64,000 nt of DNA, from NCBI RefSeq assembly GCF_004010195.1, contig NC_057720.1, forward strand, positions 22,713,206-22,777,205, given 5' to 3'. The DNA is from Chiloscyllium plagiosum. Lineage: Eukaryota. Made by a program: the position numbers and the translations under genes. This document shows positions 14,410 through 26,349 of the stretch, one piece after another (within the stretch, counting starts at the first letter, position 1; the number at the start of each line of letters is the position of its first letter). The notes under the pieces were generated by a model. That model was not told the DNA's origin. It did not search any database and saw only the letters and a list, made by a program, of their open reading frames with translations.

Positions 14410-14438
14410 TGGGTCGCCGCCATCTTGAATCCCCCTCC
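14410..14438 (-). promoter_or_regulatory. L1 internal promoter start with YY1-type motif
   Basis: CAAGATGGCGGC within about 12 nt of the element 5' end, as in vertebrate L1 5' UTRs. Confidence 0.6.
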
Positions 14439-14439
14439 C

Positions 14440-15530
14440 AAGTACTTTTTAAAAGATTGTGAGGTTACCTGTCTCACGTATGGTCCACGGCAGTGTGAGC
14501 CAGACCCACACTATCATCTGGACGAAAAGGCTTTTCCATCAAATCCCCTCTAAACCTTTTGCCTTACACCCTAATAGGATGCCACCTTGTTACTAACCCT
14601 TTAAGGGGAAAAGCTGTTTTCTATCCATCCTGTTAATGTCCCTCGTAGTGTTATACACCTCAATCAGGTGTCCGTTCAACCCTCTCTGATCCAAAGAAAA
14701 CAACCCAAGCTTATCCAGCTTCTCTATGTCAGGCAGCATCCTGGTGAATTTCCTTTCCATCCCTTCCAATGCAATTACATCCTTCTGTGTTGACCAGAAC
14801 TTACACACTACTCCAGTGGTAGCTGAACCAAAGTTCTGTGCAGCTCCAACATAACCTTTCTGCTCTTATAATCTATACCATGATAGATAAAGGCAAGTGA
14901 GGAGAAAGTGAGGTCTGCAGATGCTGGAGATCAGAGCTGAAAATGTGTTGCTGGAAAAGCGCAGCAGGTCAGGCAGCATCCAGGGAACAGGAGAATCGAT
15001 TTTTCCGGCATAAGCCCTTCTTCAGGAATGAGGAAAGTTTGTCCAGCAGGCTAAGATAAAAGGTAGGGAGGAGGGACTTGGGGGAGGGGCGTCGGAAATG
15101 TGATAGGTGGAAAGAGGTCAAGGTGAGGGTGATAGGTCAGACTGGGGTGGGGGCGGAGAGGTCAGGAAGAAGATTGCAGGTTAGGAAGGCGGTGCTGAAT
15201 TCGATGGATTTGACTGAGACAAGGTGGGGGGAGGAGAAATTAGGAAACTGGTGAAATCCGAGTTCATCCCTTGTGGTTAGAGGGTTCCTAGGCGGAAGAT
15301 GAGGCGCTCTTTCTCTAACCGTCGTGTTGTTGTGGTCTGGCGATGGAGGAGTCCAAAGACCTGCATATCCTTGGTGGAGTGGGAGGGGGAGTTGAAGTGT
15401 TGAGCCACAGGGTGGTTGGGTTGGTTGGTCCGGGTGTCCCAGAGGTGTTCTCTGAAACGCTCCGCAATTTTCCGCAAAAGGCAAGTGTCCTGTGTACCTT
15501 TTTAATTAATTGTCCTGGGCTGTTCCTTTG
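14440..15530 (-). mobile_element. CR1 3' fragment interrupted by PLE
   Basis: ALEGMERKFTRMLP, LGLFSLDQRGLNGHLIEVY. Confidence 0.8.
14900..15476 (-). mobile_element. 5'-truncated Penelope-like element: GIY-YIG C-terminus, 3' UTR, decayed hammerhead
   Basis: AERFREHL...HPVAQHFNSPSHS...RRLEKERLIFRLGTL*PQGMN; TSD aaaggcaagtg at 14889-14899 and 15477-15487. Confidence 0.92.
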
Positions 15531-15639
15531 GAGTGTGCTATGATGGTGTTTCCACAGAGTCTCCCATATACAACTAAGCTTCAGAAACAATTATCTGGCC
15601 ATCAGAAAAGCTCGCTAACATTTGCGAAGAACGTGTTAA

Positions 15640-16580
15640 ATAGGAGAAGGAATAAGTCATTCAGCTCTTCAAGCCTGGTCCGCTATTCAATGTGATCATG
15701 ATTGATGAACCAACTCAGTACCCCGTTCCAGATTTCTCTTCATACTGCAGAACATAGGAACAGGAGGAAGCCATTCAGCACTGTGAGCCTGTTCTACCAT
15801 TCAATAGCATCATGGATAATCAGCCAAATCAGAACCTGTTCCTGCTTTTGTTTCTTCCCTTTGATCTCTTTAGCTCCAAGAAATACATTAACTCTTTCTT
15901 GAAAACATTCAATATTTTGGCCTCAACCAGTTTATGTAACAGATAATTTCACTGGCTCACCACTCTCTGGATGAAGAAATTTCTCCTCATCTCAGTCTTA
16001 AATAGTCTACCCCATATCCTTAGACTGTGATTCCTGCCTCTGAACTCTCTGCTCGTCAGGAACATCCTCTCTCCTTTTACACTGTCTCGTCCTACAGAAG
16101 CTTTAACAAAAAGTTTGTATGGTCGCCGCAAGATAACTCTCAGTCTATTTTCCGACTCTTAATCAATCCCTTTAACCTTATTTGCTGAAATCAAAACTGC
16201 TCCCAATCCTCTGGTCTGCTGCTTAATTTGGACAATTTGCAGGTCCCTTCCTTGGATGTAACATTACTCCTAATATGCCTCGTTAACCACTATTAGACCA
16301 CTTCTCTCATTTCTGTCATTTTTGTGACAGACAAGGATTAATAATTGTTACAGTTCCTCTATACATTCTAAATGTTTGCCATTGCCTATCCACCATCATA
16401 GCCAGCTCGTGCCTCACACCATCGTAGTTTCCTTTATTTAGATTCAGGAACACAGTTTCAGAATTAACTACGTCATTTTCTATCTTAATGAAGAACTCTA
16501 TCATACTATGGTCATTTTTTCCCCCCAGGGGGATTTGTGTAGCTAGATTGCCAATTATTTCTTTCTCATTACACAAAACA
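15640..16580 (-). mobile_element. Stacked CR1 fragments (3' ends and endonuclease/tether remnant)
   Basis: FKTEMRRNFFIQRVV; PLGGKNDHSMIEF, LNLNKGNYDGVRHELA. Confidence 0.75.
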
Positions 16581-17165
16581 CAATGTTATGTCAAATAGAC
16601 CCAAAATAGACATTTTTTCTTTGCAGTTCCTAAAAAAGACACTCAAATTGCATGAGTTGAATATAAAAATTCATCTTTAAATTTGTAGCACACAGTTGCA
16701 TTTTCTCTCAGAAGAAATTTTGTATGGTTTGGGAGTCTATGTGATATGATATTACCATGGTGCAAGAAGGTGAGAGAAGTTCAATTCTCCTTGATAATAA
16801 AGTAGGATCTATTTCAAGTTAGAAAATATCTCAAGAGATGTTTAGTGACCCAAATACCAACATTGGGGTATTTTTTTATATATTAAATCATTCATAATTA
16901 GCAAGCTACAATAATTCTTATTTTAAGTTTTTTTCTAAATATTTTTATTAGAAACATTTTCAAATCTTTTACAGAACATCTATATACAAAAACGAATAGT
17001 ACCAAAATACAGGAAGATAGAGGCAGTACAACTACGTCATATCACGATACTATTAACAATGAACTACTTACTATCCCACCAGAACAAACGTATCTACTGG
17101 ACTTAAACTAAACTACAGCTGAAAATGTGTTGCTGGAAAAGCGTAGCAGGTCAGGCAGCATCCAG

Positions 17166-17214
17166 GGAACAGGAGAATTGACGTTTCGGGCATAAGCCCT
17201 TCTTCAGGAATGAG
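17166..17214 (-). ncRNA. Minimal hammerhead motif in the inverted arm
   Basis: Reverse complement reads ttcCTGAAGAagggcttatgcccGAAACGTCaattc. Confidence 0.65.
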
Positions 17215-17396
17215 GAAAGTTTGTCCAGCAGGCTAAGATAAAAGGTAGGGAGGAGGGACTTGGGGAGGGGCGTCGGAAATGTGATAGGTGGAAAGAGGTC
17301 AAGGTGAGGGTGATAGGTCAGACTGGGGTGGGAACCCTCCAACCACAAGGGATGAACTCAGATTTCACCAGTTTCCTCATTTCCCCTCCCCACACC

Positions 17397-18220
17397 NNNN
17401 NNNNNNNNNNNNNNNNNNNNNNNNNNNNNNNNNNNNNNNNNNNNNNNNNNNNNNNNNNNNNNNNNNNNNNNNNNNNNNNNNNNNNNNNNNNNNNNNNNNN
17501 NNNNNNNNNNNNNNNNNNNNNNNNNNNNNNNNNNNNNNNNNNNNNNNNNNNNNNNNNNNNNNNNNNNNNNNNNNNNNNNNNNNNNNNNNNNNNNNNNNNN
17601 NNNNNNNNNNNNNNNNNNNNNNNNNNNNNNNNNNNNNNNNNNNNNNNNNNNNNNNNNNNNNNNNNNNNNNNNNNNNNNNNNNNNNNNNNNNNNNNNNNNN
17701 NNNNNNNNNNNNNNNNNNNNNNNNNNNNNNNNNNNNNNNNNNNNNNNNNNNNNNNNNNNNNNNNNNNNNNNNNNNNNNNNNNNNNNNNNNNNNNNNNNNN
17801 NNNNNNNNNNNNNNNNNNNNNNNNNNNNNNNNNNNNNNNNNNNNNNNNNNNNNNNNNNNNNNNNNNNNNNNNNNNNNNNNNNNNNNNNNNNNNNNNNNNN
17901 NNNNNNNNNNNNNNNNNNNNNNNNNNNNNNNNNNNNNNNNNNNNNNNNNNNNNNNNNNNNNNNNNNNNNNNNNNNNNNNNNNNNNNNNNNNNNNNNNNNN
18001 NNNNNNNNNNNNNNNNNNNNNNNNNNNNNNNNNNNNNNNNNNNNNNNNNNNNNNNNNNNNNNNNNNNNNNNNNNNNNNNNNNNNNNNNNNNNNNNNNNNN
18101 NNNNNNNNNNNNNNNNNNNNNNNNNNNNNNNNNNNNNNNNNNNNNNNNNNNNNNNNNNNNNNNNNNNNNNNNNNNNNNNNNNNNNNNNNNNNNNNNNNNN
18201 NNNNNNNNNNNNNNNNNNNN
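17397..18220. other. Assembly gap (824 N)
   Basis: Run of N. Confidence 1.
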
Positions 18221-18232
18221 TGGACAAACTTT

Positions 18233-18275
18233 CCTCATTCCTGAAGAAGGGCTTATGCCCGAAACGTCGATTCTC
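18233..18275 (+). ncRNA. Minimal type I hammerhead ribozyme motif
   Basis: CTGAAGA 18241-18247, helix II gggc-ttat-gccc, GAAAC 18261-18265, GTC with predicted cleavage after 18268; helix I pairing weak. Confidence 0.7.
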
Positions 18276-21200
18276 CTGTTCCCTGGATGCTGCCTGACCT
18301 GCTGCGCTTTTCCAGCAACACATTTTCAGCTCTGATCTCCAGCATCTGCAGACCTCACTTTCACCTCAAAGATTTTAAACTAAACTACAAGCAAATTAAA
18401 TAAAAGTAAAATAAAACTGAATTCAAATTAACATAAGTTGAAGTATATCACACTATTTCATTCTATTTCACTCACCACACCTCCACTGAGGCTCCCATCC
18501 CTGGGAGCACCAGTCATTGTACCCATATTCTTTTACCCCCAACCTCCCCCTCCCAGTGCCTCAGACTGATTCCCACGGCTATACCATGGCCCTAATTAAT
18601 ATTCCTGAAACTGCTCCATTTTGTGGTGCACTATATTTGTGAGGTAGTTTTGGGGGAGATGCTCCATCACCAGCCTACGCTACCCCCATAACACCTGGGT
18701 TTTTTTCCAAACGTCCAATTCATTAAAACGTTCTTCCTTGCATAGTAGGTAAGAATGTTACACACTCTTCCCGTGTTCCCCCAGAGAGGGCAAATTTGGC
18801 AACCCCAGAAGAAGAAATACCAGATCCACATTAATTTCAATCCCTTACTATAGCACTCCAATATCTCTGGATCTTACAACATGACCAGTGTGTGAGAGTG
18901 CTTTTACTCATGTTACATTTGGGACACCCTGGTGACTCTCCTCTCTTGAACTTAGCTAGCCTCTCTGGTGCCATATGAGCCCTGTGTAAAATCTTCAATT
19001 GCATGGCCTGCGCTTTGTTACATATTGAAATTTTCCTTACATTTTCCCATATATCTTCCAATGAAATATCCTCTCCTACATTCCACGTCCTACAGAGTCC
19101 CTCCATGTCCCCTAAGGCACGTCCTTTCTGTAAATGATATAAAGTACTGACTGAAGGAGCGCCCTTACATCGGAGCCCTCTTTTCTCCATGTCTGACTTG
19201 TAAAACTGAGTCAGGAGCGTGGTCTTCCTCTGTATATAATCCCTTATCTAAAAGTACTGGAAACGGTCCCTATTAGACAATCCATATTTCTGACTTAGTT
19301 GGCTGAATGACATCAAGATTCCCCCCACCACCTCGAATAAATCTCCCAGACAAGAGATTCCCTTGTTCTCCCATGCCTTAAAGCCAGAGTCCATTTCCGC
19401 AGGTTCAAATCCTTGGGCTCCAACCAATAGCGAGGTCTTAAGCCAATTGCCCTTGTCCTGCCTTATTATCCAGGTTTTCACCATATTTAAGATGATTGGA
19501 CTCTTACACTGCTCAGTCATGGATTTTATCTTATCCATGAGTAATAGATTAACTAGTGGACATCTCGATTGTGAGGCTTCAACGTCAAGCCAAATTGACT
19601 CAGAATTCCTCTGTACCCAGTCACCCACGTATGATAACAGGGCACTTATTTGATATCTCTTCAAGTCCAGAAGGCCCCCATACCTTCTCTCACCCTGTAG
19701 GAGCTGCAATTTGGTAAATTTAATTAGGGGGCACTTGCGAAACCAAATAAAGGACCCGAGCCAATCACTGAGCCTCCATAACACTCATCTGGGTAGCAAC
19801 AATGGGAGCATTCTCATGAGTTATAACAGGCAAGGAAAAACATTCATTTTAATCAGAGCTATTTGGCTTAACCATGCTAATGGTAATCCCTCCCACTGCT
19901 GCAAATCCTGTTTTATCCTCTCCAGTAATTGTGCAGAGTTAGCTTTATACAGCTGGTGGAAGGCAGGGGTAATAAAAGTTCCCAAATACAAAAAAACGTT
20001 TTTACGACATTCTAAACAGGAACTGCAGTCCATCCTTCAGATCAGGCACCTTCACTAATATCCCCACTGGCATGGCTTCCGATTTTGTAAAATTGATCCT
20101 GTAGCCTAAAAAACTGCCAAATAAATTAATTGTTTGAATCAATCGAGGAACAGACCCTCCAGATTGGCCAAGAACAAAAGGATGTCATGCCTATGCTCCC
20201 CACCCATGGCACCACTATTTCAGGATCCCTCTGATAGCCTCAGCTAATGGCTCAATTACCTAGGTAAATAACAGCGGTAAGAGAGGACACCCTGTCAACT
20301 ACCTCTCCCAATACTAAAGTTATCTGACTTTGCGCCATTTGTGATGACTGCCGCCTTAGGATCATTATACAACACCGCCACCTACCTAACAAAGGATCCC
20401 CCAGATCAAAGCACTCTAGGACTTCAAACAGGTATGGTCATTCTATCCGGTCAACCACCTTTTCTGCATCTAGGGAGACCACCAAACCAGAGATCAATTT
20501 TTGCTGGCATACCTGCACCATGCTCAATACCCTCCTGACACTGTTGGAGGAGCTCTGGCCCTTGATAAAACCTGTAGGATCTTTTATATTATAGGGCAAT
20601 ACCTTTTCCAACCTCAGAGCCAGCATATTGGATAAAATTTTAAAATCTACATTCAGCAGCGAAATTGGTCTATATGAAGCATATTCTTCGAGGTCTTTCC
20701 CCTTCTTTAAAATGAGGGAGATATCAGCCTCTCTAAGAGAGGGTGGCAGACAATCCTGTGTATACGAATAGCTATACACCCCCAGAGGTGGCTCTACCAA
20801 CACATTTATGAATTCCTTACAGAATCCATCTGGCCCCGGTGCTTTGCCACCCTGGAGATGCTTTATTGGTTCTTGCACCTCCTGCACCATCACTGGCACA
20901 TTCAACAGGGAAACCTGTTCCGCATTTATGCTGGGGAGGTCCAGGTTCTCAGAAAAGGACTGCATTCTCACTGCACCATGTTCACCTCCCTCCGACCGAT
21001 ATAACTCTGCAAAGTATTCCCAAAATCTAGCATTGATATTCTTCAACTCATGGGTAACAGTGCCAGCCTTCTCCCTAACAGACACAATAGAAGCATTTTT
21101 CTTTCTAGCCAGATATGCCAAATATCTACCTGGCTTATCTCCAAATTTAAACAGCCTTTGTTTAGCAAAGGAGACCTCTTTTTTTGCCATGTGTGTGTGC

Positions 21201-22585
21201 AATGAGTCAAGAGCAGCCCGGATAGCCATGACCCACTGCAGTTTGACCAATGAAGGCCTATTACGATATGGTTCCTCAGTTACCTTCAGCCAGGTCTCCA
21301 GCATCCGTTACTGCTCCCCCCTCTGTCCCCTTCAAGTTGTTGAACACAAAATAATCAGGCCTTGTAAATATGCCTTAGCACCTTCCCAAAGTATTGCCAG
21401 ATTCATGGCTGTAACTGAGTTGATATCCCTGAACTCACTTGTAATGTACTCAACAAATTTCCTATCCCTTAACAGGAATAGGTTCATGTGCCATTGCAGT
21501 GCATCTATTCCACCACCCCTGATTTTAACATCTAAGGGCACTGGCGCATGGTCCAAGACAGCTATATTCCCAATTTTACACGCCAATGTTCTGTCCAAAC
21601 AATCCAATGGCATAAAAAAAATGTCAATTCGCATGTGGCACTTGTGTGGGTTGGAATAGAAAGTAAAATGTCTTCCATTAGGGTTGAAGTGCCTCCACAC
21701 ATCCACTCAACCCAACTCCTCACACACGTCCACCAACTGCTTAGATTGTGCAGGCGTACCTGCCATGACCCTTGGCACCCTGTCAACCTTGGGATCCATT
21801 AGGTGGTTAAAATTCCCTTCTATGATCGTATGATGCACCCCAAGACACATTAATTTAGCAACTGCATCAGTTAGAAATTTAAGAGGGTGCGCTGGGGGGA
21901 CAATACACAGTCAGGACGCCATACTCTTCTCCATGTATTAGAGCTTTAAGAATAAAGAACCGTCCATGTTTCTCCTTAATTTGCTCAGTTACCTGGAAAG
22001 GGAGGTTCCTTGTCATCAGCATCACCATTCCTCTACTCTTGGAACTAAAGGAGGAGCATAATACCCTATCATAACCCCACTACTGCAACTTCAGATTTTC
22101 CTTATCAGTTAAATGCATCTGTTGGTGCAGGGTGATGTCCACCCTTTCCTTCATAAGGCTTGACAGCACCTTCTTTCTTTTAATGGGGGAATGGTCCCCT
22201 TTTACATTCCAGGTGCACCACCTGAACAAGTCACTAGTCATGGTTGTCCAGGGTGGCCTGTGGTTCCCAAGAGGAGGAAACTTATCTGAGGTACAGCAAG
22301 CGACAAAAACATTAACTCTATAAACTCTAAAAACTACTCCTATAAAAACTACAACTAAAAAACTAACCACTACATTTAACTTCAGCAAATACCCAAATAA
22401 CCCCCAATTTATTAGGATCTCCCCCCCTTGACTATAGGGAGCACTCCTCCCAATCTTTGCTACCATCCCGAATCCTTCTATGCTGAGGCCATGCCGTAGC
22501 CCCAGGCAATTCACAGATGAAGAAAACCTGTTATTTATATTCTGAGAGTTAACAATGGATGCCCATCCCCTCCACCCCACAACCC

Positions 22586-22640
22586 TACACACACACACAC
22601 ACACACACACAACACAACACAACACAACACACACACACAC
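22586..22640. repeat. (CA)n/(CAACA)n microsatellite in L1 inter-ORF spacer
   Basis: Direct reading. Confidence 0.95.
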
Positions 22641-23252
22641 ATATCTTAAGCACAGGTATAGCCACCCCCAATATAAAAAACAAAAGGACAGCAATAAACA
22701 AAAACTCCAAATATTACCCAACCAACCAATATACGAAATAATTTTGGTTTTGCATCAAGGCAGTACATATAAAGCTGGTAACCACAAAAAAAGGGTAAAG
22801 GCCAAAAGAAGGGGCAAAAAAAGCCCCATACCATTGTCCGCAACAATGCTCCCTATTCCCCCCACCCCGATCCGAGTCCTTTAATACAGAGAATTCACAA
22901 AGTCCTTCGCCTTTTCTGCAGAATCAAAATTATATACCGTCCCTCCATGAGTGAAATTCAACACCGCCGGCTACCTCAAAGAATATTGAATGTTCAGATC
23001 ACTTAATTTTCTCTTAACTTCATCAAATGCCTTTCTCTTCTTAACTATGGCTCCTGAGAAGTCCTGAAAAAATATTATTCTTGAGCCTTTGTGCATTAAA
23101 GCCTGCGGATCTCTTCCCAGTCTTCTGGTTGTTTCAATCACTAACTGTTTCTCTTTGTAGTGCAGGAGTCACACTAGGACCTGCGCATTGCGATCCGGTG
23201 GGCCCGCTCCCGGCCCAACTCCAACTCCTGCCCCAGGAACTTTGGGAGCCAC

Positions 23253-23428
23253 TTAGAACATAGAACATAGAAGAATACAGCGCAGTACAGGCCCTTTGGC
23301 CCTCGATGTTGCGCCGATCCAAGCCCACCTAACCTATACTAACCCACTATCCTCCATATACCTATCCAATGCCCGCTTAAATGCCCATAAAGAGGGAGAG
23401 TCCACCACTGCTGCTGGCAGGGCATTCC
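23253..23428 (-). mobile_element. Short CR1 3' end inserted into L1 ORF1
   Basis: tagaacatagaacatag tail, WNALPAAVVDS. Confidence 0.85.
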
Positions 23429-23599
23429 AGGAAACCAACTTGTCCAGGAAACCAACGAGGTCTTCGCCTTCCTCGTGTTCCAGAAGACCCACGAGCGGTA
23501 AGCTTGCCTTATGTCCACAACAACTACTTTGTGCACTGTTACACTACATTACAGCAATAGACAAGCTATTGTTTAAGATCAGGTTCTCTCTGTGAAACC

Positions 23600-24620
23600 T
23601 TGAAGGTATGGTTACGCCTGTGCCCCTGATTGGAGACAAAGTGAAGCTAATAAAGCAAGGGAAAAACCTCGTTATAAAGCAAACAACAGGCATCACTCTG
23701 CAGTAGGAGATTCCAACAGTGAGTCCATGGATGAGTTATTGATTACTTATTGAATTGATTATTTCTTGAACTTAAAAACCAACAACTGATAGCAGCTGAA
23801 CTCCTGTATTATTAATGCCATGGTCGAATGTACGAGTACAATCAAGCTGTTCTGAACGCCATTTTCATGGCAAAGAAGTCTGAAAGATAGTAGCAGAAGG
23901 CACACTTCCTAAATGGTTCATACAGGCTATGACCGCACAATGTACTGAGAATGAGGAGGGGCAATCTAATGATAAAGGTCTTTTTGCTCACCTGCATGGA
24001 CATTTCAGCAAAGACAACTACAGAGATATACACTGCTGCACAGTGGAGCTGACATTTGAGACATTCCTCAATATAGTAAGTTCTTCAGCTGAGGAGGATG
24101 CTGATGCTGAAATGCCCATTCACCTGCCTGAAGCTGCAAAAGTTACAATTTTGCATTGCTGCCTGAAAACACTGAACAAAATATTTGATTGCATTGATGA
24201 CACAGCAGACTGTGTCACACTCATCTGAAGAAAAGCAGAAAAAAATTATACTGATCTTTGAGAATGACCTCCCAACATTGTTCAATGGCCTTGGTAAGGT
24301 GGAAACAAATTTTGTTTAAAATTTCATCTTTCACATATTTAGTATGCTAGCCTGTTCTCACTTTTTTTTGACATAGAGCTTGTTTGTGTGCAAAACTGAG
24401 CTCCTCTGAGGCCTATTCAGACACATCGAAGCTCTGCTTAGCTCCAATTTGTGGGTGAGGCCTCTGCAATTTGACATACTGAAATATGTTAACTGTGGTC
24501 TGGTCTGTGTTCACATTCACCATTGCACTGCAAATAGGGTGATTTTTAATGCAAGAAATATACATTGGCTGGAACAGAAGGTAACTGAGCATGACACTTT
24601 GCAGATTGCAAGATCTGAGG
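23600..24620 (+). mobile_element. Academ-like DNA transposon relic (XPG-like nuclease and Cys-rich tail)
   Basis: Ordered decayed motifs SCIINAMVE, RSLKDSSRR, AEEDADAEMPIH, IDDTADCV, LFNGLGK, LFVCK, then a Cys/His-rich end. Confidence 0.6.
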
Positions 24621-25122
24621 GATGATCACAAGAAGTGGTGCTGAGCCAGAGGAATTACAATCACACAAAATATCCAAAATTGTAACAAAAGGATATGCAG
24701 AGGATTAAAGTATATGAACATTTTCTCTTGATCTTTCTAGGGAACACAGAATGGAGAGTACCATCTGCTTACTTGCTGAAATTTATCCAAGTCTTGATTT
24801 ATTAGCAAAAGTTGTAAGAGGTGTTTTCTCTAGTTTGTACGCCAAACACTAAGTTGATAAAAGGTCACTAATCATCTTTTTAATATAATTGCTCACAAAA
24901 GGCTAAAACAGGAATGCCAACTGGATGATCCATCTTAGATTCCTTCAGAAGTCCCCAGCATCACAGATGCCAGTCAACTCAATTCACTCCATGTAATATG
25001 AAGAAGCTCTAGAAACAAGAAAAATAATGGGGCCTGTCAACATTCCAGCAATACCACTGAAGATATGTGCTTCAAAACTTCCTTGAGCCAGGTTATCTCT
25101 GCACAGCTAAAACACTGGTATC

Positions 25123-25363
25123 TCCAACAGTCCAATGCATGTTCAGCTATGTCTGAGCTCAAAACACAGGACAAATCCAACCAGGCCAATTACCGTCCCA
25201 ACAGTCCAATCTTGATCATCAGTAAAGATTCTTTATAATTCAGTCCAACAGTCCAATGCATGTTCAGGTATGTCTGAGCTCAAAACACAGGACAAATCCA
25301 ACCTGGCCAATTACCGTCCCAACAGTCTAATCTTGATCATCAGTAAAGATTCTTTATAATTCA
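25123..25363. repeat. 121-bp tandem duplication
   Basis: Units start at 25123 and 25244, about 3 mismatches. Confidence 0.95.
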
Positions 25364-25401
25364 TTCACAAGATTTAGGCTAGGTCAGCATTTATTGCTGT
25401 A

Positions 25402-25520
25402 GAGAAAATGGGCACTGCAGATGCTGGAAGATCAGAGTCAAAGAAGGTGGTGCTGGAAAAGCACAGCCGGTCAGGCAGCATCCAAGGAGCAGGAGAGTCG
25501 ACGTTTCGAGAATAAGCTCT
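25402..25520 (-). mobile_element. PLE 3' fragment (third subfamily)
   Basis: gatgctggaagatcagagtc...gtcgacgtttcgagaataagctc; GAAACGTC present, CUGA half truncated. Confidence 0.75.
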
Positions 25521-25630
25521 TTGTTAGGATTGGTGTTGGTCAAACTCGGTATAGATGGCAGGTTTCCTTCTCCGAAGGACATTAGTGAACAACATAGGTT
25601 TGTCTTTTTCCTGACAATCAACAATAATTC

Positions 25631-26349
25631 TATGGGATATAGGTGAATTAATGTTATTTCTGCAATTATAAGTTCTGATACAGAGTAAATGAACTCACAT
25701 CAGTGTGTAATTGTTTCAGCCAAAAGCTGAGTCAACAAGAATGGATACTATATAGAAGAAATATATAATCAGTTAAAATGGTATGTCAGCATGAAACGTG
25801 ATTACAAAACAATGGTGGATGTATGGGTGAATAGATAAGAAGTTGTAAGAGAATGCAATTGCTTGTATAACAGTAGGTAAGAACATCTGTTTCCCACTTG
25901 TATGGAGACACAGGAACAAACCCTAATTAAAGAGGTTATGAAGGTCAGAGTGGCCTCCGGAGAGGCCCAGATGGAAGGAATAAATACTGATAAAGAAAGA
26001 ATATGCCTAGCGATGACCTGCAGTGGGATGACGTCAAACGACCTTGTGGGGCCAGAGATAGGCATTTGTCACGGACAAGGCCGGATAAACAGAAGTTGTG
26101 GGATCAGTCTTAGGGAAATGAGTGATGTAAGCGGGGGGGGGGGCTGGCAAACAATGAAATAAGAAAAAAAATGTAGGGACTCAAATTATATAAATTTCGA
26201 GAGTTTGTTGAATTGAATGTGTATTTGTCCTCTGCCTTCTCTGGCATTAGACATTGCACCCACTTGCAAGTGTACAAATAAAGGACACTACTGATTCAGA
26301 TTTTTGTCTCGGACTGCAATTGTTTAGTGAGTGAGCTTTGTTTCTCACA
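25631..26349 (+). mobile_element. Solo LTR (ERV1- or Gypsy-type)
   Basis: Termini TATGGGA (decayed TG) and TCTCACA; 4-bp TSD attc at 25627-25630 and 26350-26353; TATA box near 26190 and AATAAA at 26277. Confidence 0.8.

Larger units (their letters stand above)
9850..14438 (-). mobile_element. L1-clade LINE, 5'-complete, 3'-truncated, ORF1 internally deleted, ORF2 frameshifted
   Basis: ORF1 (FQDFSPAVVHKRR, YSLRYPATL), EN (CTWNVKG, NLYCPP, IIGGDFN, SDH), RT (DAEKAFDRVE, QGCLLSPLLF, LYADD); 5' end ggagggggattcaagatggcggc. Confidence 0.95.
17118..18374. mobile_element. PLE insertion with inverted 5' arm and intact hammerhead cores, spanning the assembly gap
   Basis: TSD ttaaactaaactaca at 17103-17117 and 18375-18389; inverted arm 17118-17330, then sense strand from GGAACCCTCC. 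Confidence 0.9.
16920..23520 (-). mobile_element. Second L1-clade LINE, 3'-complete, 5'-truncated within ORF1
   Basis: Poly(A) remnant and AATAAA near 16920-16950; ORF2 18579-22241 (MTSDLFRWCTWNVKG, YRPISLLNVDFKIL, CPKC...THWSC); ORF1 remnant 22880-23520. Confidence 0.95.

Noticed and set aside
17288..18335. Long ORFs of 306-343 aa
   Set aside because: Artefacts of translating through the N gap
20808..21659. 283-aa plus-strand ORF
   Set aside because: Antisense shadow of L1 ORF2
22080..22721. 213-aa hydrophobic ORF upstream of L1 ORF2
   Set aside because: Read-through of the T/G-rich spacer and (TG)n microsatellite into the ORF2 start; no counterpart in the other L1
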